From a virus (lineage: Duplodnaviria > Caudoviricetes), in IMG/VR virus record IMGVR_UViG_2974799246_000001, positions 160,001 to 224,000 of that record: DNA of 64,000 nt. One strand, written 5' to 3'. The stretch's first letter is position 1. Every line of letters starts with the position of its first letter. Below are positions 9,456-19,445 of this stretch, one piece after another. The translations under genes and the position numbers were made by a program. The notes beneath the pieces were generated by a model that was not told the origin of the DNA, made no database searches, and worked only from the letters and a program-made list of their open reading frames with translations.

Positions 9456-10313
9456 TCAGACAGATAAGTTTGAAGATTTGAAGCGCATTCTAGGGCGCGT
9501 TCCAGGCACAGCGTCGAAAGATGCAAAATCAGTGCTATCGAACTTAACGAAACCGCCAAACTCATTCAGATAGCAGAACGCTTTATCCAGATGGACTGTT
9601 TCGTCCACACCCGTTTGCGTCTGATAGAGAAGGCCATCACCAGTAGTTTGCGTTAGATTGGGATATCCGCTGGAGCCACCTGTCACGCCCGCCGATGTGG
9701 CGACTTGCAACAACTGAAAAGGCAGACCAACTGACGCATACGAAGGCCTAACTTCTATGAACTTACAGGCAGGCACGCTTGTATATTGTGCTGCGATACC
9801 GATCATTTGGTTGCCGCCCTCATGAACGTATCTGATTCCTATCTGAGGAGAGCCTGATTGACCGTACGGACAGTTAGCGTCCGATAGTCGCACAGGAGGG
9901 AACACGAGAGTTCCCTGTCCATCCTGCGTGAAGGAAATTGAGCCTTCACCTATGTGCAGAGTTGTATTTGCGTCCAGACCAAGAGCGTAGGACTGAGACT
10001 CTGCAATGGAGCTAATTCCTGACAGAGTTCCGCTACCTATCTGCTTGACTATATCAGTTGTCCGCTCGATCAGAGAAGATCGTGGCTGGGTATACTTCAA
10101 ATTAGGTAGATAGTATTTGTTGTCCTTTCTACCTCGTACAGGATTGAGAAAGCCATTGAATGCCAATACTGCTCGGGCTTTACGTGCGACAGCATTCGCA
10201 GTAGTGAGGTTCGTCAGGTCGATCGTCTGACTTTCGGAGCTGTCATACAGAAATACGTTTGGATTCTGGGCGGACGGTCCCGCCAGTCCGAAAAAAGAAT
10301 GGATGTATTGCAT
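9456..10313 (-). CDS. Putative virion protein, MQY paralog family copy 3
   Basis: MQY start, ARAVL..LNPVRGR..Y.LKY and DF..PGTRP; CTAATTT upstream. Confidence 0.6.
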   Translation of the reverse strand: MQYIHSFFGLAGPSAQNPNVFLYDSSESQTIDLTNLTTANAVARKARAVLAFNGFLNPVRGRKDNKYYLPNLKYTQPRSSLIERTTDIVKQIGSGTLSGISSIAESQSYALGLDANTTLHIGEGSISFTQDGQGTLVFPPVRLSDANCPYGQSGSPQIGIRYVHEGGNQMIGIAAQYTSVPACKFIEVRPSYASVGLPFQLLQVATSAGVTGGSSGYPNLTQTTGDGLLYQTQTGVDETVHLDKAFCYLNEFGGFVKFDSTDFASFDAVPGTRPRMRFKSSNLSV

Positions 10314-10377
10314 GAGAATTACCTCAGTAGAAAGCGGAAGGTGCTACGCGTTTAGATAAAATTAGCTCCAAGATCGA

Positions 10378-10398
10378 CAAAAGGGGCCGAAGCCCCTT
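10378..10398 (-). terminator. Intrinsic terminator
   Basis: GGGGC-CGAA-GCCCC hairpin with a U tract on the - strand. Confidence 0.75.
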
Positions 10399-10738
10399 AG
10401 AATGTCCAACGCGTTGACCAAGCGATCAATCCTGAGATAATACCGATGTGTGACAGGTACCCGTACTGCAACACATAGCCTCTGACATAGTGCTTCATGC
10501 CGCCCTCATACGCACCATCATACACAGCAGAGATCATCGTGAACGACATAACGTAGGTGAACACATGCCACGTTGTCATCTCCATCACTTCGTTGCAGAA
10601 CACTATTAGGAATAATGAAACTGCCATGATGTACACTGTGCGTTTGGTCTCGGTTAGATTGATACCAAGCACAACAGGACGCATCAAAAAGGATGCGAGT
10701 ATCGAAACCAGCATTAGCGTTTCATAGTCGGCTGACAT
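10397..10738 (-). CDS. Small multi-pass membrane protein
   Basis: 3-4 hydrophobic segments. Confidence 0.55.
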   Translation of the reverse strand: MSADYETLMLVSILASFLMRPVVLGINLTETKRTVYIMAVSLFLIVFCNEVMEMTTWHVFTYVMSFTMISAVYDGAYEGGMKHYVRGYVLQYGYLSHIGIISGLIAWSTRWTF

Positions 10739-11043
10739 GCTGCGTCCACCTGATCAGGAGTGATGTGTGCTTTTCTACGCAGGTCGAGTGCCAGTTGCGC
10801 CTTACGTCCTATGCGGGCATACGACTCAAGATCGTCGTCGGAGTAACCGCTCATGCTTTCGCGTACATGAGACAGCTCGGCCATTTGGCGTGGACTCAGT
10901 TCGTTCGACGACTCGTAAAGAGAGGCGTGTTCGATGCGACCTAATCCCATTCCAGGGCAGATGTTCCAGATAGGCTCGGCATTAGGGTCCGTCTGCACCA
11001 TCAACGTACCGTGACGCTCAACGTCATGAATGTTACGACTCAT
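10714..11043 (-). CDS. Hypothetical protein
   Basis: Start MSRNIHD at 11043 with a GGGAG RBS. Confidence 0.55.
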   Translation of the reverse strand: MSRNIHDVERHGTLMVQTDPNAEPIWNICPGMGLGRIEHASLYESSNELSPRQMAELSHVRESMSGYSDDDLESYARIGRKAQLALDLRRKAHITPDQVDAACQPTMKR

Positions 11044-11044
11044 A

Positions 11045-11758
11045 TCAAACTCCCTGGTTAGAAACGTAGGTGTCGGTGATGTTCGCAGTCTTCTCCACGT
11101 TACCGCGAATGTACCCAAGTTCAAACACCTGCACGTTATGTTTGACGACTGCTTCACCTGCTGTCTCACAGGCACCGCTGTGGAGATCAAGGAAGGCCTG
11201 ACACAAACGGTCTGCAACAGGCTTTGCCAAAATCTTCATCAGTGTGTGCCTCTGCATCGCAGTGAGCTTGATAGGCATCGCGTCGATCTCGCGCTCGATG
11301 TTCTTACGACCACCGTTGAATATCCACTTACAGATCGTCGCAGTCAAAGGCTTCTGGTGTGTCTTAGACGGCAAGGTGTAGATGAATGTCATCAGGCTAT
11401 AGAACAGGCTGCCGTCGATAGCGCGTTTCTTTAGGTCATCAAGGTACTGACCAACAGGCTGCAACTTACCACGCTGAGGCTGCATCTCATCCAGCTTGAG
11501 ATCAACGTCGAGGCCGAAACGCTTCAACGACTCGGAATGCCCAAACACATAGACAATATGATTAGGCATATCACGAATGGCAACGGCGTTACGGCTATAC
11601 TCCCGTGCACCAACGACAAACAAATACTTGCGATATTTCTTCGACGGGTCAATGGTGCCGCCGATAGGAACAAACGTTACTCGGTCGGCATGACCTTTCT
11701 TTTTCAGCCAGCCCATAACCTGCTCTGGGCTTTGACGTGTTACCGCGATTACAGGCAT
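11045..11758 (-). CDS. Hypothetical protein
   Basis: Operonic 237 aa ORF. Confidence 0.65.
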   Translation of the reverse strand: MPVIAVTRQSPEQVMGWLKKKGHADRVTFVPIGGTIDPSKKYRKYLFVVGAREYSRNAVAIRDMPNHIVYVFGHSESLKRFGLDVDLKLDEMQPQRGKLQPVGQYLDDLKKRAIDGSLFYSLMTFIYTLPSKTHQKPLTATICKWIFNGGRKNIEREIDAMPIKLTAMQRHTLMKILAKPVADRLCQAFLDLHSGACETAGEAVVKHNVQVFELGYIRGNVEKTANITDTYVSNQGV

Positions 11759-11760
11759 CG

Positions 11761-12084
11761 TTACTCCACAGTGTTGAGCGCTTTAGCCGTGTACTCACGC
11801 AGAGTACGTTCGATGTTTTCTGCCAGAGTAGGATGACAGATGAGCTGGTGGTCTTTCATGAAGACACGCAGCGACGGACGCATTACTTTGCGCGTCTGCA
11901 TCTTCATGCGCAGCGCACGGTGCATAGCGGTAGCGTAATATTCTTCCTCACGCTCCTCCATGCAGTTCGCATCTGCCACTACTTCGTACTTGGCGAAAAT
12001 GTGTGGATTACGATTGATGTACGCCGGGTCCATCGGCACACTATTCTTTTCGTGATCACGATTGAGTTGACCGAAGATCATCAT
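11761..12084 (-). CDS. Hypothetical protein
   Basis: ATGA overlap with the Rad50-like gene. Confidence 0.6.
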   Translation of the reverse strand: MMIFGQLNRDHEKNSVPMDPAYINRNPHIFAKYEVVADANCMEEREEEYYATAMHRALRMKMQTRKVMRPSLRVFMKDHQLICHPTLAENIERTLREYTAKALNTVE

Positions 12085-14414
12085 ATCACCTTACGGGACA
12101 GACTGGACGTTCCACCTTTCTTGGTGACTGTCCATTGATTGTTAGAGAAGTGCTCGACGTCATTCGGAGTTATCCAGTAGATGTTCGGGATAATCTGTTT
12201 GAGAATCGGCAGGAAGTTTTCAACGATGTGATTACTCACCGCAGGGCTGCAACTATTATCAGGTTCATCGAGGATGATAAAGTTCGTTCGACGGTTCGCT
12301 GGGATAAACGGCATGATCGCTACAGCGAACAGCAGTCTAAAGCAGTTAGTCTCCGCGCCGCTCATGATACCAATGTCCGTAGTCTTTTTCGAGATCATAC
12401 GGGTCACGGTAGCACCAACACCTTGCTTGGTCGTAAACAGTTCGAATCGCATAGGCTCAGGGAAGACGAGGCCAGAGTATTCGTTCAGCTTGGCTTCGAT
12501 TTGTTTCAATCGACTTTCAACGGCTTTCAATTTGAGCGCGTTGTTGCTGTATGCCTTATACAGGACTTCGAACACCTTGCGCTTATCAATCAACGGCTGG
12601 AGCTTGGCGAGCTTAGTACGGAGTTCACGTAATGTTTCCTCGTAGTGCTCATGCTCCTGCACACGCATCTGGATGCCTTGTGCCTTGCGCTCTTTCTTGT
12701 CGATATCGTTACGCAGAGATTCAGCTTCCTGTTCAATCTTTTTGTAACGTCCGTCAAGAATGTAGAACGGATCTTCTGGCTCACCGATAGCTTTCATTGC
12801 AGCGCGAAGGTCTTTCAGAATCTCAAGGTCCTTGATTCGGTTCTTGATTGTCTTACGGGCTTTCTTAGGCTGCTTGACCGCTTTAGGTTTCTTGAGCGCT
12901 GCCTTACGTGCTTGCAGCTTCTCCAGCTTCTTGGCCTGTTCGAATTGTTCTTCGATCTGGTCAAGCTGTTTGCCTGCTGCCTTGAGTTTCTTCTCAAGCG
13001 CTTTGCGATCATGCTTCGGCTTCTTCACTTTGTCTGACTGCAACGCGGTGAGTTCGGCATTCAGCTTGTGGTAGTCGATATCAGTAATGCACTCGTCAAT
13101 GATAGCCTGCGCTTTGGTTGCTGCGCGTGACATGGCTTTGATATCAACGTCCTGACCGCAAGTAGGACAAGAGTTACCATCGTGCTCATGCTCCTCAAAA
13201 GCACGATACGCCTGAACTATTGCTTTGGATTCTGCTCTGGCATCCTGTGCCTCTTCCTGAGTTCGTTTAGGACTTTTGAGCTTAGACAACCGTTTGGTGA
13301 GCTTTTCACAGGCTTCTCGCCAGTCGTCGTATTCTTCTTGTTGCTCATCTACCTTCTCCAGTAGCTCTTGGAGTTCTTCTTCCTCTTTAACTAGCTTGCC
13401 GTGTTTCTTACGCAACTTCTTGTTATCGAGGTCAGCAACATCACCAAGTGCCTTGATGCGTTTCTTAACTTCGGCCAGCTCCGCTTCATACTCCTCCAGA
13501 GCTTCCACGTAATCTTCGTAACGGTCATGCTCGATAAGCTGGCCACGCAGGTCATTCAGTTCGCCTTTGAGATCAGTAGTCTCAATGCCAAGAGTGTCCA
13601 GTTGGTGTTTCAGCTTCTCGTACTTACGCGCATTGCTACGCGCCGTACTGAGTTCTACCAGTTTACCATTCAGATCATTACGTCGGGCTTTCATCTTATC
13701 GAGATGCTTGATGATAGCAGCCAGAGTATTCTTTTCTTCGGCGTGAATGTTTAGCGCGTTTTGTTTACGCTGCGTCACGTCGAACATATCAGCCAGTCCC
13801 TTCGATTCTGTCTCGGCATCTTTGGCCAAGTCCAGCTTCTTCTTCAACGCCATACGAATGTTGTCGAAGATATCGAGGTTGAATAGCGAGGTCAGATACT
13901 TGAGGCGATCAGCAGGTGCAGCGCGTTGGAACGGATGCGAGATCTGCGACTGAATATAGCAGTAGCTGTAGAACTCATCTTTGGACAGAGGCCAGTGCTT
14001 CTGTACCCAACCACGCGCAACGTCCTGACGACCAACCTTCTGGTCTTCACCATTGAAGAACACTTGATACTTCGTGGCCGACTGTACGATACGCACAATG
14101 CCACCAAGCGGAGATTCCCACGACAGGTCGATTGAGCTACCTTTGCCGAGCATGTTCCCCTTGTCTTTCTTTTTCATCGCAAGAGGGTCAGCTTCATACA
14201 GCAAGGTAGGTATCGCAGCGAACAGCATACTTTTGCCTACGCCGTTCGTGTTGTCTTTAACGTTCGTACTATCGAGGTTCTTTCCGCAGATTGTTGCGAA
14301 GCCCTCGTTGTCAAGGCCGTCAATATCGAGTTCCTTGTACACGCCAACATCGCGCAAGTGAATCTCTTTCAGGCCGATACCGTGCTGCTGTTTCTGCTTT
14401 TGCTTCTTGGCCAT
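12081..14414 (-). CDS. sbcC: Rad50/SbcC-like SMC ATPase
   Basis: Walker A NGVGKS, coiled coils, CPTCG zinc hook, MSGAE signature and FIILDEP Walker B. Confidence 0.92.
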   Translation of the reverse strand: MAKKQKQKQQHGIGLKEIHLRDVGVYKELDIDGLDNEGFATICGKNLDSTNVKDNTNGVGKSMLFAAIPTLLYEADPLAMKKKDKGNMLGKGSSIDLSWESPLGGIVRIVQSATKYQVFFNGEDQKVGRQDVARGWVQKHWPLSKDEFYSYCYIQSQISHPFQRAAPADRLKYLTSLFNLDIFDNIRMALKKKLDLAKDAETESKGLADMFDVTQRKQNALNIHAEEKNTLAAIIKHLDKMKARRNDLNGKLVELSTARSNARKYEKLKHQLDTLGIETTDLKGELNDLRGQLIEHDRYEDYVEALEEYEAELAEVKKRIKALGDVADLDNKKLRKKHGKLVKEEEELQELLEKVDEQQEEYDDWREACEKLTKRLSKLKSPKRTQEEAQDARAESKAIVQAYRAFEEHEHDGNSCPTCGQDVDIKAMSRAATKAQAIIDECITDIDYHKLNAELTALQSDKVKKPKHDRKALEKKLKAAGKQLDQIEEQFEQAKKLEKLQARKAALKKPKAVKQPKKARKTIKNRIKDLEILKDLRAAMKAIGEPEDPFYILDGRYKKIEQEAESLRNDIDKKERKAQGIQMRVQEHEHYEETLRELRTKLAKLQPLIDKRKVFEVLYKAYSNNALKLKAVESRLKQIEAKLNEYSGLVFPEPMRFELFTTKQGVGATVTRMISKKTTDIGIMSGAETNCFRLLFAVAIMPFIPANRRTNFIILDEPDNSCSPAVSNHIVENFLPILKQIIPNIYWITPNDVEHFSNNQWTVTKKGGTSSLSRKVI

Positions 14415-14626
14415 TAGAAATACTCGACAGTTTCTTCCTGTATCAGACCTTTACCATGCGTCTGCTCAAACACTTCGATTTCGTCCTGCGTGTACTCTGA
14501 GGACGATTCGGCGATCACATCATACGAGATGGATTCTTCGCGTGTGTCAGAAATGATTGGCTTGAGAATACGCCACAGAGGCAGAGCGATTGTTTCGCGC
14601 TTCAAGATTTTTGCTACGACAACCAT
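14414..14626 (-). CDS. Hypothetical protein
   Basis: TAATG-coupled on both sides (MVVVAKILK). Confidence 0.55.
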   Translation of the reverse strand: MVVVAKILKRETIALPLWRILKPIISDTREESISYDVIAESSSEYTQDEIEVFEQTHGKGLIQEETVEYF

Positions 14627-14841
14627 TAGTGAAATACTCCAGCTGGTTCTACCCACAGTTCAGGCGCGTTGTACTGCGCACGTAATTCGTTCAGGCGATC
14701 ATCGGTCAGTGGACGATCGGAGACTAAGATGCACTGCGGCACCTTTTCTTCTTTGCCTGTTACAGGATGAATGTCGCGGTCGTGGCGCATGACATTCCAA
14801 CGTTTTGATACGGAGATATTGATTAAGGTATTGCGTTCCAT
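14626..14841 (-). CDS. Hypothetical protein
   Basis: Start about 40 nt downstream of CTGTAAATA at 14880. Confidence 0.5.
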   Translation of the reverse strand: MERNTLINISVSKRWNVMRHDRDIHPVTGKEEKVPQCILVSDRPLTDDRLNELRAQYNAPELWVEPAGVFH

Positions 14842-14922
14842 AGTCAAGGACCTATGTATAGTGTATGAATGATACTCGCTATTTACAGTTTTTGAGGGTA
14901 TAGACAAAAAGAAGGGCCACCA

Positions 14923-15207
14923 TTAGGCAGCCCCTGCGAATACTTTGCGCACCCCGTTATCCAGATAGTGATCTGCGTAGAAGGGTCCATTTTCGTTTTC
15001 AATACCAATGCGCCGACATAGCTGACGACGTAAGCGCCTAGGCCATACCAGCTCATCTTCAATCAGATGAATGACGGCAGGTAGTGCTTCCAGCTGCGTC
15101 ATAGTTAGGTCACGAATCTTGTCGTCAATGCGACACAGCTCCGCATAGTCCTGTTCAGGTGTTGGTACGTTGCGCACAGGCTTAGAAAGATCTACGGTGA
15201 GTTCCAT
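14923..15207 (-). CDS. Hypothetical protein
   Basis: Overlap-coupled ORF. Confidence 0.6.
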   Translation of the reverse strand: MELTVDLSKPVRNVPTPEQDYAELCRIDDKIRDLTMTQLEALPAVIHLIEDELVWPRRLRRQLCRRIGIENENGPFYADHYLDNGVRKVFAGAA

Positions 15208-15653
15208 CAGTATCTCCGTGGCTTCTTAGGTTTCTTGATAGTGGATTTAGGACGCTTGATTGCTCTCAGAGCTTTACGCGCCTCAATAATCTGCTTGGAC
15301 AATTCAGAGCGACGAGCCTTAATCTGGTCCGTGTCCTGCTCAGTGCCTTTGAGTTTATCAAGGCGATTCCATTCTTTGACCAGACGATCAACTACACCAG
15401 CACGAGACACCCGCTGCTGATTGGTACGCACAATGTCCTGCTGCGTCTTCACCGAATCGCGTGTACGATTAACTTCTTCACGCGCTGACTTAACGCCTTT
15501 GGTATCACCCTCAGATTGTTTGTCGTTCAGCTTCTTACGCGCTAACTGCGAGCGGCGTTGTGCTCCCTTGAGATCATCTTTCGAATTGTCCAAGGAGACT
15601 TGAGTATCTTCGAGCGGGCTGGTACGCGCACTCAAACTGATAAGTATCTTCAT
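15207..15653 (-). CDS. Basic coiled-coil protein with SLS leader (MKILISLS)
   Basis: GAGG RBS; leader motif. Confidence 0.65.
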   Translation of the reverse strand: MKILISLSARTSPLEDTQVSLDNSKDDLKGAQRRSQLARKKLNDKQSEGDTKGVKSAREEVNRTRDSVKTQQDIVRTNQQRVSRAGVVDRLVKEWNRLDKLKGTEQDTDQIKARRSELSKQIIEARKALRAIKRPKSTIKKPKKPRRY

Positions 15654-15784
15654 AAGACCTCAAAACGAAAAAGGGCGACCCGAAGGCCACCCTGTGTAGA
15701 ATGGCGCGCTATGCACCCGACTGGTTAGGTCTACTACGATTATTTAACCTCGCAGTAGTGAGCGAGGAGATGGGGATCACCTCC

Positions 15785-16321
15785 TCATGCGGATTGAAGT
15801 TGAAGAATTTCTTCGTCTTCTATATCCGCGCCAGACCACGAACGAATCACGGATGCGTTTCCACGATTGCCTGTCAGCATCATCTTAACTGATGGCTTGG
15901 CATCGCGTTCTGCGTAATAGTCGGCGAGAGCTTTCTCTGTACCGAACCATAAAATGGAGTGACCACCCTTAGGGCAGATCAAGAATTGAGTAGGACGTTG
16001 TGGAACGTTCAACGTCAGATAGAAGTCACCAGCGCCAGTAGGACCAAGCATTGGCATAGGCTTCATGATCTGCTGAAAGTCTCCAGCATCTTTAAGACGT
16101 GTATCGCCCAGCAACCAGATAGCACCTTCTTCTCCCTCACGCACAGCACTCAAGGTACCTTTACGTGTTGTGATAGAGCCAAAAGTGTCTTGATCGAAAC
16201 GGGCTAGACCGAAGATGAGTGATGCGAGTTTCTTCAGGTCAGGGGTCGTGCATGGACTATCAATTTTTGCCATGCCCTCGGACCCTACTGTAATCTTCGA
16301 GAGTGATACAAAGATTTCCAT
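15785..16321 (-). CDS. Hypothetical protein with SLS leader (MEIFVSLS)
   Basis: CTAATTT 37 nt upstream. Confidence 0.65.
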   Translation of the reverse strand: MEIFVSLSKITVGSEGMAKIDSPCTTPDLKKLASLIFGLARFDQDTFGSITTRKGTLSAVREGEEGAIWLLGDTRLKDAGDFQQIMKPMPMLGPTGAGDFYLTLNVPQRPTQFLICPKGGHSILWFGTEKALADYYAERDAKPSVKMMLTGNRGNASVIRSWSGADIEDEEILQLQSA

Positions 16322-16427
16322 ATTGTCTTCCAGAGCTGTATGATTAATTGTGATATAAAATTAGTGTTTGATCAGACAATTCTGAAACAAAAATGGGCAG
16401 CACAAAGGCCACCCATTTTTCACTTAT

Positions 16428-17711
16428 TTACTTCTTCTTCTTTTTCTTTTCTTTCTTCGGCTTGTCGTCTTCGTCGTCTTCGCCCATCTTGACTGCCAGC
16501 TTACCTTCATAGATATCAGCCATGAGAGTAAGCACTTTGGACTCCAACATAATGTCTGCTGGTACGGACGTTGAGTTGAATGCTACTTCGGATTCAGCCA
16601 ATGCAGATTGCAGATACACCATACTAACCAGATTGACTTTGATGTTGTCTTTCTTGGTCATGTTCATGAACATCTTGAGGCCAGCCGACTGCCACTTATT
16701 CGTTTCGGCGTAATGGCCTAACACGCCGTGAATAATCCAACGAGCTTTCGCAACGATTGCACGTGGGTTGTTCGATTCACGCAGGAACTGAATAACACCA
16801 ATCAGGTCCATCGCCAGATACGCACCGATCATCTGGACAGCTTTCGCTTCCATATCGATCTCTGGGTCTGCTGCTGCGAGTTCGGCAACGAGGTTCTTAT
16901 CGAAGTCCTCACCACCTTTCACGGACGCATAGATATTCTGCAACATCGTGATTGCGCCACGCATCTGACCACCAGCATAATCCGCTACCTGATGCAGTGC
17001 TGCTTCTGCTTTCTCACGCGCCTTGTCTTTCTTCGGCATGATCTCAAGTGCCGTACCGATTTCAATCAGTCGCTTGTGAATCACATCAGTTGGAATAGGT
17101 CTGATAGGCAGTTGCGTCATGCGACTGATCATCGTGCCCTTCATCTTCTCCGGGTTGGTAGTTACGAAGATGAATACAACGTGCGCTGGAGGCTGCTCTG
17201 CAATTTTGAGCAACTTGGATTCGGCTGCGCTTGACATGAGGTGCGATTCGTCGAAGATGAATACGCGACGTTTGAACATCGGACTCAGCGGTGCGCTGTC
17301 CACGATCTTCTGGCTGCCTTCAACTTTACCAGCATCGCCACCCATATCGAACTCTTGCTCATCGGGGTGTGCGCCACGGTCGTGCATTTCACACGAACGA
17401 CATTTGCCACAGGCCGAGAACGTGTCGCAGTTGATATACTTCGCAACCAGACGCGCAAACGTTGTTTTACCTGAACCCAAATGACCAGTAATGATCATTG
17501 TCGATGGAATCGTTTTCGACTTCTGCCAACCCTTCATGATCTTAACGATGTGGTCTTGACCAACATAGTCTTCGATACGTTTCGGTCTAAACTGATCAGC
17601 AAAGTTAATCGTTGTCAGTTCAACAGACTCGGAAGAATCGCCTTTCTTTTTCTTTGGCGTATCACCACCAAAGGAACGCGACTTCTTCTTTTTCTTTTCT
17701 TCTTTAGCCAT
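16428..17711 (-). CDS. dnaX: Clamp-loader AAA+ subunit, DNA Pol III gamma/tau-like
   Basis: FRPK...DYVGQ, GHLGSGKTT, C..ACGKCRSC zinc module, DESH, FVTT and GQMR. Confidence 0.9.
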   Translation of the reverse strand: MAKEEKKKKKSRSFGGDTPKKKKGDSSESVELTTINFADQFRPKRIEDYVGQDHIVKIMKGWQKSKTIPSTMIITGHLGSGKTTFARLVAKYINCDTFSACGKCRSCEMHDRGAHPDEQEFDMGGDAGKVEGSQKIVDSAPLSPMFKRRVFIFDESHLMSSAAESKLLKIAEQPPAHVVFIFVTTNPEKMKGTMISRMTQLPIRPIPTDVIHKRLIEIGTALEIMPKKDKAREKAEAALHQVADYAGGQMRGAITMLQNIYASVKGGEDFDKNLVAELAAADPEIDMEAKAVQMIGAYLAMDLIGVIQFLRESNNPRAIVAKARWIIHGVLGHYAETNKWQSAGLKMFMNMTKKDNIKVNLVSMVYLQSALAESEVAFNSTSVPADIMLESKVLTLMADIYEGKLAVKMGEDDEDDKPKKEKKKKKK

Positions 17712-17852
17712 TTTCAATTCGCCCTTAGTTCTAATGCGTTACACCAGTTATTTACAGATTTTAGACAAAAAGAAAGGACCACATCCAAAACGGAGGGTCC
17801 TTACGTGTTACAATGGTTTGAATGATAACGCATCGGCAGTGGGCGCTGTCGA

Positions 17853-18050
17853 TTAGGCAAAGCTCATCTCCCAACGCGGTACAACGCGGAAGAATTGCTT
17901 AAAGTGGGACGGTGGGTTCTGCTTGATGGACTCAAGTTTCTTTTCCACAACGTCATAATCTTTTATGCCACTCTCAACGCAGTGAGTGGTGAATGTACCG
18001 TCAGCCTCAATCAAATCGGCGACAACACGGTAGCTTGGTTTTCTCAGCAT
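17853..18050 (-). CDS. Hypothetical protein
   Basis: AGGAG RBS; CTGTAAACA upstream. Confidence 0.6.
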   Translation of the reverse strand: MLRKPSYRVVADLIEADGTFTTHCVESGIKDYDVVEKKLESIKQNPPSHFKQFFRVVPRWEMSFA

Positions 18051-18140
18051 CTAGTCTCCTGAAAACGAAATTCTCATTGCTCTGAATTATGTTTACAGAT
18101 TACTGGAGTAGTCACAAAAGAATAAAGTAAGACAAATCTT

Positions 18141-18480
18141 AAACTCCAATAGGTACTCGCTGGAATTCCTATTGGAGTTCACCCTCAACCGATGACGGTC
18201 GGCAGAAGGTGTTCTCCCCGTGCTTTTCGATTGCACCAGCACGGTAGCGCTTGCGGTCTTACGCTCTTGTCATGCAGCGGGCCGGCAGGGATGGTAGCAT
18301 TTCCCGCCGCAAAGAGCAGCCGCTTTCGGCCATTAGCGATAACGCGGTGTTACGCTTAACGGCCCGACTCTGTGGCCGAGTCTGTACAAAAAAGAGTTCG
18401 GCCTATTCCCCAATTCGGCAAAAAGAAATAAGCCGAACTAAACAGTCAACGCACACTCCATATGCGCTGTTTTGTACTGT
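18141..18480 (-). ncRNA. Candidate structured non-coding RNA or cis element
   Basis: Gene-free, GC-rich stretch with nested inverted repeats, directly downstream of CTAATTT (18484-18490, - strand). Confidence 0.4.
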
Positions 18481-18517
18481 AACAAATTAGAAACATCCTG
18501 CAATATTCAGACAATTC

Positions 18518-19105
18518 TTAGTTCAACATCGGAACGAGATTTTGCAAGAAATGTTTGCGATCAAACGAACTGATTCGGTGCGGATGATCGACGTGCATGT
18601 TCCATCCTTTGTTGAACAGCAGCACGTTCTTCGGCAGGACAACGTTAATGCCAACGCGAGTGAACGAATCACGAACGGCAGTCACTGGATTGTCGTCAAC
18701 CAGAATCCAAGTACCTTCACCGTACTTCTCGTTCAGGTAAGCAATCTTATCAGGATGCTGGCGTGAGTCCAGACAGTCGATGTGGTCAAACAACGACAGG
18801 TGCTTCTCCAACACCTTGCGTGTGTAGCGTTCACCTTTGGCGTGATAGCCACGATGCGTACAAATACCGACACTGAAACCGTCGCGCACCAGCATTGCAA
18901 CCGTTTGGATGAAGTAGTCACGCATGTTAGCTTCGAGCATGAAGCGACCGTCAGCCAGCATCTCCACGAAAGGTTCGTGACCATTCTCTGGCGTAATGTA
19001 CGTGTCGGTACCTGGGTAGATTCCCCAGTTCATCAGATAGCACAGCATGAAGTTATGCGTATCGAATGCCGTGTCGTCCATGTCGAAGAAAATATATTTA
19101 ATCAT
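18518..19105 (-). CDS. HAD-superfamily hydrolase (5'(3')-nucleotidase-like)
   Basis: FFDMDDT motif I, THRG, K and LVDDN motif IV; start reassigned to 19105. Confidence 0.8.
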   Translation of the reverse strand: MIKYIFFDMDDTAFDTHNFMLCYLMNWGIYPGTDTYITPENGHEPFVEMLADGRFMLEANMRDYFIQTVAMLVRDGFSVGICTHRGYHAKGERYTRKVLEKHLSLFDHIDCLDSRQHPDKIAYLNEKYGEGTWILVDDNPVTAVRDSFTRVGINVVLPKNVLLFNKGWNMHVDHPHRISSFDRKHFLQNLVPMLN

Positions 19106-19443
19106 TAATGCCTCGTGCTGTTGCACAGAAAAGGTGTATCGTTGATGAAGCCGAGATTCAACTGACAAGCAAGGTGAGTCAGGCGCATCTCATCTGCGTT
19201 GGTTACGATCATAACGTTAGCATACGGGTCGAGTCGGAAGTTTGGAACTTCGATCAACTCAACGTTGAACGGACCAGACTCGTTCTCATTAATGAAGTAC
19301 GCGCCAAGCATCCACGTTGTACCGTTATCATCTGGAAGTAGGTGACCGATGATGCAATCCTCGTCCTGCATAACAATATGCAGTGGTCTATCGAAGTCCA
19401 TATCTTCTGCACCAAATTCAAAATGGAAATCATCATCGCTCAT
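19105..19443 (-). CDS. Hypothetical acidic protein
   Basis: Operonic ORF. Confidence 0.6.
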   Translation of the reverse strand: MSDDDFHFEFGAEDMDFDRPLHIVMQDEDCIIGHLLPDDNGTTWMLGAYFINENESGPFNVELIEVPNFRLDPYANVMIVTNADEMRLTHLACQLNLGFINDTPFLCNSTRH

Positions 19444-19445
19444 GG

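Noticed and set aside
10397-10738. Holin call for the membrane protein
   Set aside because: It ends the Rad50 operon and is separated from the endolysin unit by a terminator; hydrophobicity alone is insufficient
15660-15785. Possible tRNA in a hairpin-rich intergenic stretch
   Set aside because: No cloverleaf, T-loop GTTC or CCA end; better read as a 3'UTR plus terminator
18251-18490. 79 aa + strand ORF in the structured region
   Set aside because: TTG start, no RBS and opposite to local gene direction; the inverted repeats explain the region better
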